Assembly: GCA_018985225.1 (NCBI GenBank)
Contig: JADGIF010000175.1
Coordinates: 1-15,815 of the forward strand
From: Amoeboradix gromovi X-113
Lineage: Eukaryota > Fungi > Sanchytriomycota
Direction: 5' to 3'
DNA: 15,815 bases
Shown here: positions 1 to 7,284 of the stretch, one piece after another
Position numbering within the stretch: position 1 is the stretch's first letter
Layout: each line of letters begins with the position of its first letter
The notes under the pieces: generated by a model
Told to the model about the DNA's origin: nothing
The model's input: only the letters and a program-made list of their open reading frames with translations
Databases searched by the model: none
Position numbers and translations under genes: made by a program

Positions 1-1
1 G

Positions 2-540
2 AAAAAACTAGAAAGCGTGAAGATTGGTCGTTATTGCTCGTGTATTCTTGATATATCATTTATTCTTGAAATTTTAAGAGCTGGTCTTTTACCATTTTAT
101 GGGATGAAATGTTTCATTGTTTTCATAATGTCGTTAGACTCTAGTGGAGGTGGTGATTGATTTCTCTTCAATAACGGCTTGAGGTTAAAATTGAACAAAC
201 CACTGTTGTGATCAAATAAATTTCTCTAGTACCAATATTTGTCATTTAGAGTCTCCCAATGGTATAAAAACGTGAGGTTTGTCTTTCGTCAAGGAAAAAT
301 GGATCAAGTCTTGGGATCCAAGGTCTCAAGACTCACGGCGATGATCTTTTATTGGTCATTCAAGGGCCGCTGGAAATTCAAGTGTAAAGGAGGAGCAAAG
401 ACTTGAGTTAAATGCAACCTAGCATTCACTAGCCAAACATGTACGTGGTGTGTAAATCTTGAAAAAACAGTTTGGAGACATGAAAATGTAAAAAACGTCA
501 TTTTCGGATGGATAGCGATCAGTAAGGTACACTTACCTGA
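2..540 (+). pseudogene. Degenerate TnpB/Fanzor (Fanzor2-like) nuclease remnant, 5' end probably outside the window
   Basis: Frame +2 over 245-481 reads FRVSQ...LGSKVSRLTAMIFYWSFKGRWKFKCKGGAKT*VKCNLAFTSQTCTWCVNLEK. After a frameshift, frame +1 over 484-540 reads KCKKRHFRMDSDQ*GTLT*. These blocks are collinear with the TnpB/Fanzor C-terminal pattern FxVSQMV...LxSKxxRxMxxWxxYxFxxRLxxKC...NEAYTSxTCxxC...YxCxxCxxxxDRDxNGAxN. Stops lie at 227, 404, 481 and 523. Upstream GRYCSCI (26-46) and IMSLDSSG are only weak matches to the wedge and RuvC-I regions. Confidence 0.65.
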
Positions 541-715
541 AGTATATGTATCTTATTCAATACCACCACCGGTTAGTAAAAGAGTGAGCAGCCACTACAC
601 CGTAGCAACTGTATTTATCAGTCTCTCTATGTAAATTCACAACTTTCTCGAGAATCGGTAATTCTAATGTGGAGCCAAGGTATTTATTGCAGTTACTTCA
701 TAAGTTTATGCAAAC

Positions 716-1756
716 TTAGTGAAACCGCCCTATTTGTTCTCTAGCTTTCACATAAGTTTCCATTTTTTTGATTTTTGAATTTAGCAACAAATCTTGGTCA
801 AGTGCAATTCTATCATTTAAGATTAAATAAATCACTGTAGACCCACCGTACTTGAAGTACCCAGCATCCTCTCCACGTCTTACCCCGGTACCTATTTCCT
901 GGTGATGTATTACTATACTCCCCACCAGCAAAGCACCAATTGATATCTCAGCTATTCTCCCAAATTGAGTATCAAATATTCTAACTATTCTATGGTTCTC
1001 TGTGAACACATTTATACTGCTATTCACTGCTTTTGGGTTAACGGTGTAATAAGATCCATCAATGTATGAAATGCTTGTTAAGGTGCCACTAAAAGGGAAA
1101 TGCCACCTATGGTAGTCGTCTGGGGCTAATCTAAAAATTATAATACAACTGTTTGCAAATTCAACAGACCAATCCAATCTACAGAGCAAGTTCGAAATTG
1201 AGAATTTATTTCCTTTTATCCAAACATCAACAGCATCTATAAATTTGGTAAATACTATGCAGCGACAATCTGCAGCTGAAAGAAAAGCATCTGGATTAGG
1301 TGGCATAGGTCTGAAGTTTAGCTTGATCTTACGAGCAAAGAAATCGTTAAAACAAGTGTAATTTGCTTCTTCAAACTCGCGCATATTTATTTCATAGGTA
1401 TTTATGAATCTAGGAATACTTTTAACAGAGTCCGGTAGATCAAAATGGGCTCCTGCCTTGACAGTCAAAACCTGAAATATGGTTTTGGACTCGTCTGTTA
1501 GTTCAGACAAGTCATCAACGAATGTCAAAGCAATATTGGCCACGGTTGTGGTTACTTCGTAAAATGTTGCTTGATTTCTTCTGTTAATCACTTGTATCCT
1601 CTTTACTTTCGGCAAAATTTCCAGCTTGCGCAAAATCTTGCTAGTTGATAAAACTACGTGTCTGGCGGAATATATCTCTTGATACGTATTTTTGAATAAT
1701 TCTATTGTAGCTAAGTCTAATTCTTCATGGGCGCCCTGAGGTAACAAATGAAACAT
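716..1756 (-). CDS. PSD2: Phosphatidylserine decarboxylase proenzyme, PSD2-type catalytic region without C2 domains
   Basis: Motifs FNDFFARKIK, SAADCR, WIKG, FRLAPDDYHRWHFP, YYTVNP, IGALLVGSI and the GGST self-cleavage motif (YFKYGGST). The start is placed at ATG 1756 because the TTG at 1768 and ATG at 1765 lie inside the MITE TIR. Confidence 0.9.
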   Translation of the reverse strand: MFHLLPQGAHEELDLATIELFKNTYQEIYSARHVVLSTSKILRKLEILPKVKRIQVINRRNQATFYEVTTTVANIALTFVDDLSELTDESKTIFQVLTVKAGAHFDLPDSVKSIPRFINTYEINMREFEEANYTCFNDFFARKIKLNFRPMPPNPDAFLSAADCRCIVFTKFIDAVDVWIKGNKFSISNLLCRLDWSVEFANSCIIIFRLAPDDYHRWHFPFSGTLTSISYIDGSYYTVNPKAVNSSINVFTENHRIVRIFDTQFGRIAEISIGALLVGSIVIHHQEIGTGVRRGEDAGYFKYGGSTVIYLILNDRIALDQDLLLNSKIKKMETYVKAREQIGRFH

Positions 1757-1758
1757 AA

Positions 1759-1788
1759 GGGACATCAAATATAAAAACTAGACTAACT
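1759..1788 (+). repeat. Left terminal inverted repeat of the MITE
   Basis: Reverse complement of 2177-2206 with one mismatch. Confidence 0.92.
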
Positions 1789-2176
1789 TTCAGAAACAGT
1801 TTGAATCATTATTTTCAAGTGTGTATTAACCGATACTAAATTAAATTAATCTGACTGGTTCAAGTAAATTATTTTAGTATAAAAGCCTTTCATCCATCGA
1901 AATCTTAGAACCAATGATTAATAAGAAGAAGAGAAAATAAAAACAAGTTATACGAAAGGCAGTAAGAACAAAGAGAAATGGAACAGATAAAGAGTATCGT
2001 CTAAGAAAATGCACCTTTTTGCTTAGACACTCAGAGACCTCATATATATGACAGAGATAGTGGGTCATCTTGTTTTATTTTAAAGAGAGGAATGACATTA
2101 ATGAAAGAAAATTGGTTTGAAAGGACTTTTATTAATAATAGTATTTCCTCCTTATGGAGCACCTAGTTTAAAAACG

Positions 2177-2206
2177 AGTTAGTCTAGTTTTTATATTTGG
2201 TGTCCC
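2177..2206 (-). repeat. Right terminal inverted repeat of the MITE
   Basis: Exact reverse complement of 15735-15764 and 29/30 to 1759-1788. Confidence 0.92.
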
Positions 2207-2471
2207 AAACGGAAACTATAAATTTGATGAAACTTAGCGCACCATAATGATTGCATTAAATGCTAAAAATGCCGTTGCATGCATCTAGTAGAAACCGATA
2301 ATAGCGAGTAACCTAAAGACAAGTGATTAAAATATGACCGTGCTACTTCTGAGTTTTTTGTTTGAAAAGCTTCTATGCCTATTTAGAGTACGAATCAAAT
2401 AGAATAAAGATATAAATTTTATTTTTGCGCTTAAAGTAGTTGAGAAGCCACAACAAAATTTGTTTTCAGGT

Positions 2472-3140
2472 TTAGTACTGCAATTTGTAGCACTTTCCTT
2501 GTCGAAATTGGTATCCTTTAGGGCATATCCATCTTATACGACTTCTGTATTTTTGGTAGATGCATGAAATATATTTCCTGATGTATCCATACGCACCAGT
2601 TACCTTGGAGCATCCTGCCCTATCTGAGTAAGGGTTCGTATAACTTGGACTCCGCTCAGTCCCCGATCTAGGTTTTGAGTAGCTCACATCTTGTTCTTGA
2701 TTTTGTTTGGATGGTGAAGTACCTTTTCCTTGGGTATTTGCATCTCCGAACTCTTGACTCCAATAAACCCTACCGCCTTTTCCTACTGCCATCCCTAGTC
2801 CTACCTCAGTGTATGAAGGGTTCATGAGATTTGCCAAATGTCCTGGACTAGCAATCCACCCTTTAATTACTTTCACCACCGAATCGTACCCTACCCCTAC
2901 ATTTTCTGCCAACCTGTGTCCTGGATATCCACCTTCCTTTATCCGTTTATCAAATCTAGTACCACCAACGGTATGCCCCATGGTATCATAACTTGCCATT
3001 TTGTGAGCGTATTTGTCTGCTACACTATTCAAAATCGCACTGATTCTTAGTGGTGGCCTATTGAATTTCGTTCTTATCTGGTTCACGAGATATAATCCTA
3101 AGTTGTAGTCAAGCGCAAACAATAATATATTAAAGAGCAT
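2472..3140 (-). CDS. Secreted CAP (SCP/PR-1; YkwD-like) domain protein with a low-complexity linker and a C-terminal 4-Cys module
   Basis: Short hydrophobic N-terminus (MLFNILLFA). CAP motifs VNQIR...PPL, AHKMA...MGH, RIKEGGY, AENVGVG, WIASPGHLANLMNPSYTEVGLG and YWSQEFG. Then an S/T/P/Q linker and C...KYISC...CPKGYQF...C. Confidence 0.9.
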   Translation of the reverse strand: MLFNILLFALDYNLGLYLVNQIRTKFNRPPLRISAILNSVADKYAHKMASYDTMGHTVGGTRFDKRIKEGGYPGHRLAENVGVGYDSVVKVIKGWIASPGHLANLMNPSYTEVGLGMAVGKGGRVYWSQEFGDANTQGKGTSPSKQNQEQDVSYSKPRSGTERSPSYTNPYSDRAGCSKVTGAYGYIRKYISCIYQKYRSRIRWICPKGYQFRQGKCYKLQY

Positions 3141-3313
3141 TTCTCAAATAGAATAGAAAGAACCTAGCATTCTAAATACTCTCGATAATCTTGTGTGGCC
3201 TCGAGGCCGATGCTTGATTGGACCCCTGCTCCTATGTTTCTATTTCCAGAAATCTCAGAATTATCAGGACATTGTAATACCGTAAAATCAGCAATTTAAA
3301 AATAACTTGTTTA

Positions 3314-6300
3314 CTATTCTTGTAACATATCCAGTGAATTCACCGGTTTTTTAACAAACATGTTTAGCATCCTAGTTTTAGTCTCCAGTTTTCTAAAAGT
3401 TACAAAATAATGCTTTCTACAGAATATCAACCTCACACATTGTTCATAGATTTCGCAGTCTTCTATTTCTAACTCATCAAACGCAAACACTATCCCGTCT
3501 TCCCCACTCTCATTCGCACTTAATATGACATGCTCGCATTCGTAGTACACCAAGATATGTCCATTTATAAACACCCCATTGTTGCTCTTTTTGAAGCTAC
3601 ACTTTTCTGAGAAATCTATGAATACTAGTTCTGATTTAATTGTACTACTGCTACCTGCAATGATGGTTTTGCCGCTCGGTAACGGGGACCCCTCTGAATG
3701 CCTCCTCTGCTGGTTTGATGTTTTAGAGTTTCTCTTTTGTAATTCACGATGTGCTAATGATTGGTCTGTGCTTATGGTTGTTCTAGCAGCTTTGTTCTTG
3801 TTTAGATACTCCATATTGTTCAACCTTGGTCTAAATACTATCAGATATACTTTCTTGCTGTAATATACAACAAGTATCGTGTACACGTTAATTAATATTA
3901 TCAATTCTAGCAAAATGAACCTTGTTTTGGTATTAAATTGTACAAACAACAACATAGGAACTATAAATGCAAACATTGTGATAATGGTATAAATGCATAT
4001 TCCTATACTCCAGCTCTCCTTATATGCACCTTGGCAGTTCCTGGTGTTTATGCAGTACCATGTAGAAACTGTTAATATAATGAACCCGAATATCAGCAAG
4101 ATGGCGTGCAATATCAACTCACCCAAAGCAGAGTTTATGCAGTAATACCCTCGGACATAGTCTACTTCAACTAGCTGTGGTGTAGGTGGATATGCTATAG
4201 TATAGACCATACTAATAGTTCCCCCTATTAGCAGTAAAACTACAAGCCTGCTTAGGCAATAAGCATCGCTTTGATTTCTCAGTTTTCCCTTTTTATTGTA
4301 GAATATTTTATATATTCGCTGGCTTTTTAGCAGCATGGATCCATAAACACATATAAACGCTGTTACATATATCCATATTTTGCTGTTACATGTGGTTATA
4401 CTGGGTATCCCTATTTCTAGAAATACTCCAATACAACTAGTAAGCATTCCCAACAATATTATCATATTAAACAGATACGAGCTTGATTTAACTATTGCTG
4501 TATTCTTGTATTTGCTAAATACAATCACAATTGCTATTAAAAGTACAATCGCAATAATATAGAATATAACGACTATTATCGTTGTGAAATCCATCAAAAC
4601 GTATGATTTATTGGATGTGGCATATGCGGATTGTTGCCTAACTGCACTATCTAATCTTCTTTTAATTAATTGCAAATCGTTACCTTCTACATACTTATCG
4701 TTGCTCTTCACACTAAATACAAATGTGCACTCGGTAACATGCCTGTATACCAAGGTGTATGAGCCCAGTTGCTTTAGTAGCATTTGATACCTGGCAATCA
4801 TACCATCTCTATCACTGTTAGTGCAATTGTCATTTTGTACACTTAATGTGTCATACATGTCTGTTCTTAAATAGCAATCTATTCCATCGTATCCGTTGAT
4901 ACACTTGCATATATTGTCATCAACACAGACACCATTACTACCAAGGCAGCCCATTTGGCAAACTGGTAATCGACAATTGGGAATTCCGTTAATTGGAGCA
5001 TTTATATACAGTGATGGACAGGCATTAAAAGATACAGGGATAGTGGCAGTTATGTTGTAATTGGCTCGCATTGATTTAATCTCGAGGTTATAGCTGCCAA
5101 AACGTGCCTGGATTGTTGGCTTGAATACAAGAGGTTGGTTTAAAATAAACGTAGTTAGGATAGATGATTTCGATGGGGATTCAACTGCAGTTATCACAGC
5201 ACTAGCTAGGAAGATGTTCTTAGGATTACCATCGAACGCACACAGCTGATTGTATTTGTCAGTCAACTTCAATTCTATGAATGGGATGGATTGACCTGGA
5301 TAAATGGATATTCCAGAAGTGTTAGAAACAATTGCATAAGGTTTACTGGCTATGATGTTACCCTGCAAAGCGGCAGAATTGTTGATGAATATGTTTTTAC
5401 TTAACAAGTCTAATAAGTCTCCATCAGAATCATCAAAGAACACACTGGCATAAGTCGCAACAGTGCTAACAAACATGTTATCATGGACATTAAATTTAAC
5501 GATGTTATCTAGATAGATGGCTCCACGAACCGAATTAATGTTGGTAAAGTTAGAATTACTTATGAACAGATTTTTAGTTGAATACAGTACGGAACCATCT
5601 ACTCCATTAATGTAATTAAATTCGCTATTAGTAATTGTAGTGTTTGATAATGAGTAAACCATTGAATTACAAGTGTTTTGAGCAAATTTAGATTGATCAA
5701 TTAATATAGGGGAAAAGGCGTATATGATCGTACCCTGAATGTAACTAAACACGCAATTGGAGATGGTAACAGTTGAAAGGGTATTTGTTAGTTGCAGTAG
5801 GAGATGATTGATTGATAGATCTAAGTTACTGAAATCGCTGTTATATATGGAAACAGTGCTAGACTCGATACCATCAAGTAATAGCCATCCTGTGGCATCG
5901 TTAGACACTATAAATGTATTATTACTGCACTTGATGTAGCTGAAATCGAGTATACTACCAAGAAATCTAATAAATGACTTCCCGTAATTATTGTTGATTA
6001 TCAAGCCATTAATATTAGACATCGTACCATAGTCAGAGTAGATAAAATAGAATCCGTAATTGTTAAATACTATTTCATTATTTTTCATCGTTAACACACT
6101 AGAACCACTGATATAAATCGGAGTGGATGACTTCCAGATATTACTAGATATTAAAGAATGTGTGAACGAAACAGCACTATTAGAGAACACACCTACTAAC
6201 CATCCATTAGAATTACCGAAAACACTGCAAGCTCGAAAGTTTAAATAGCTATTTTGGGAAACTTGAATTAAGCGCACCCCTTGATCAGAATGCTTGAAAA

Positions 6301-7093
6301 TTTGGACGCTAGTCAGCTGCAAATCACTGGAAGTGCCTACGTTAAGAATGCCAATTAAACTAGCTGATGTCTCGGAGATGATGCTATTTTGAATAAATCC
6401 ACTGGATTGAGTCATGTAAATTAGACCAGTTCTGCCACCAATGTTTGAGGTAAAATTGCTATTAGAGATTTCAACAGTGGATTGATAAAGATGTGCAAAA
6501 GATGCACTGGCATCCACTGCTTCGTTATTTGAAAATAAGGAATTTATAGCACTGAAGTAGCATTGACTTGATACATATAGTGAACCAAGGTTACCAGAAA
6601 TTAACACCGAGCTCATCGTGACAGTGCTGGAAGTGCAATCTATAAAATTAGACTTATCAGCAACATTTGAAGACAAACTAGTGTTGGTAATGTTTACCCC
6701 TGATGAGTTTTTTACAATAATTGCCAGCCTTGTATTTTGGATTTTAGAGTCCGATATAAATATATTAGTGGCATCACCATTGATAGATAAAACGGCATTT
6801 GATACGGTAGAGAGTATTGTAATTTTGGAGTTGATAGCACCGTTTATTGTTAAATTGCCTTTGATATCCACGTTCTGCCAATTAAGGCTAGTTTTGACAT
6901 TAATGATACCATTGAATGTTATCTGACCTGGTCCAACTAGTACCAATTTGTCTATGTTTACATCTAGGTTTACCTCGTAATTTTGATTTGACAGTTCAAT
7001 TGGAGACAAGGCATTACTTAGTGCATTGTTAAGCTCAGTGCTCGAGTTAACAGCTACTCCATTAATAAGAGATAACAAGAACATATAGGCCAT
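3314..7093 (-). CDS. Class C (7tm_3, GABA-B-like) GPCR with parallel beta-helix (pectin-lyase-like) ectodomain, EGF-like domain and putative PH-like C-tail (receptor A, 1259 aa)
   Basis: Signal-like N-terminus, then about 580 aa of N/S/I-rich repeats (ISNSNFTSN, ITNSEFNYIN). EGF motif CQMGC...GVCVDDNICKCINGYDGIDC. Seven hydrophobic segments carry class C signatures IVKSSSYLF (ICL1), C..KIW (TM3 Cys), LLKSQRIYKIF (TM3/ICL2) and YKESWSIGICIY (ICL3/TM6). The ORF is uninterrupted. Confidence 0.88.
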   Translation of the reverse strand: MAYMFLLSLINGVAVNSSTELNNALSNALSPIELSNQNYEVNLDVNIDKLVLVGPGQITFNGIINVKTSLNWQNVDIKGNLTINGAINSKITILSTVSNAVLSINGDATNIFISDSKIQNTRLAIIVKNSSGVNITNTSLSSNVADKSNFIDCTSSTVTMSSVLISGNLGSLYVSSQCYFSAINSLFSNNEAVDASASFAHLYQSTVEISNSNFTSNIGGRTGLIYMTQSSGFIQNSIISETSASLIGILNVGTSSDLQLTSVQIFKHSDQGVRLIQVSQNSYLNFRACSVFGNSNGWLVGVFSNSAVSFTHSLISSNIWKSSTPIYISGSSVLTMKNNEIVFNNYGFYFIYSDYGTMSNINGLIINNNYGKSFIRFLGSILDFSYIKCSNNTFIVSNDATGWLLLDGIESSTVSIYNSDFSNLDLSINHLLLQLTNTLSTVTISNCVFSYIQGTIIYAFSPILIDQSKFAQNTCNSMVYSLSNTTITNSEFNYINGVDGSVLYSTKNLFISNSNFTNINSVRGAIYLDNIVKFNVHDNMFVSTVATYASVFFDDSDGDLLDLLSKNIFINNSAALQGNIIASKPYAIVSNTSGISIYPGQSIPFIELKLTDKYNQLCAFDGNPKNIFLASAVITAVESPSKSSILTTFILNQPLVFKPTIQARFGSYNLEIKSMRANYNITATIPVSFNACPSLYINAPINGIPNCRLPVCQMGCLGSNGVCVDDNICKCINGYDGIDCYLRTDMYDTLSVQNDNCTNSDRDGMIARYQMLLKQLGSYTLVYRHVTECTFVFSVKSNDKYVEGNDLQLIKRRLDSAVRQQSAYATSNKSYVLMDFTTIIVVIFYIIAIVLLIAIVIVFSKYKNTAIVKSSSYLFNMIILLGMLTSCIGVFLEIGIPSITTCNSKIWIYVTAFICVYGSMLLKSQRIYKIFYNKKGKLRNQSDAYCLSRLVVLLLIGGTISMVYTIAYPPTPQLVEVDYVRGYYCINSALGELILHAILLIFGFIILTVSTWYCINTRNCQGAYKESWSIGICIYTIITMFAFIVPMLLFVQFNTKTRFILLELIILINVYTILVVYYSKKVYLIVFRPRLNNMEYLNKNKAARTTISTDQSLAHRELQKRNSKTSNQQRRHSEGSPLPSGKTIIAGSSSTIKSELVFIDFSEKCSFKKSNNGVFINGHILVYYECEHVILSANESGEDGIVFAFDELEIEDCEIYEQCVRLIFCRKHYFVTFRKLETKTRMLNMFVKKPVNSLDMLQE

Positions 7094-7284
7094 ATGTGTT
7101 TGAAAATATTAAGTTTTATTTAGTTTATTATGGTTGTGCCGTTTTACCCGTAAAACCTGGATAAGATTTTAATTTTAATCGTATTGCGATTATTGCCACG
7201 TAAACAATTTGCGGAATCCCAATTTCTATTATCGAACTCATAACATTTCACATATGCCCGTCCTAAAAACGAAACTAGGTCAAG
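7094..7284. promoter_or_regulatory. Probable bidirectional promoter shared by the two GPCR genes
   Basis: 191 bp between divergent ATGs at 7093 (-) and 7285 (+). It contains the dyads GTTTTAC-CC-GTAAAAC (7141-7156) and TAATCG-TATTG-CGATTA (7176-7192). Function is inferred from position only. Confidence 0.55.

Larger units (their letters stand above)
1759..2206. mobile_element. 448-bp non-autonomous DNA transposon (MITE) with 30-bp TIRs
   Basis: Left TIR 1759-1788 is GGGACATCAAATATAAAAACTAGACTAACT. The reverse complement of the right TIR 2177-2206 is GGGACACCAAATATAAAAACTAGACTAACT (29/30 identical). The flanks AAACATAA (1751-1758) and AAACGGAA (2207-2214) match at 6/8 and may be an eroded 8-bp TSD. 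A second copy starts at 15735. Confidence 0.9.

Noticed and set aside
3-12. AAAAACTAGA matching part of the MITE TIR
   Set aside because: The match is only 10 low-complexity bases and diverges on both sides.
1874-2068. 64-aa hydrophobic ORF on the - strand
   Set aside because: It lies inside the MITE, its hydrophobicity comes from the T-rich strand, and it has no recognisable motif.
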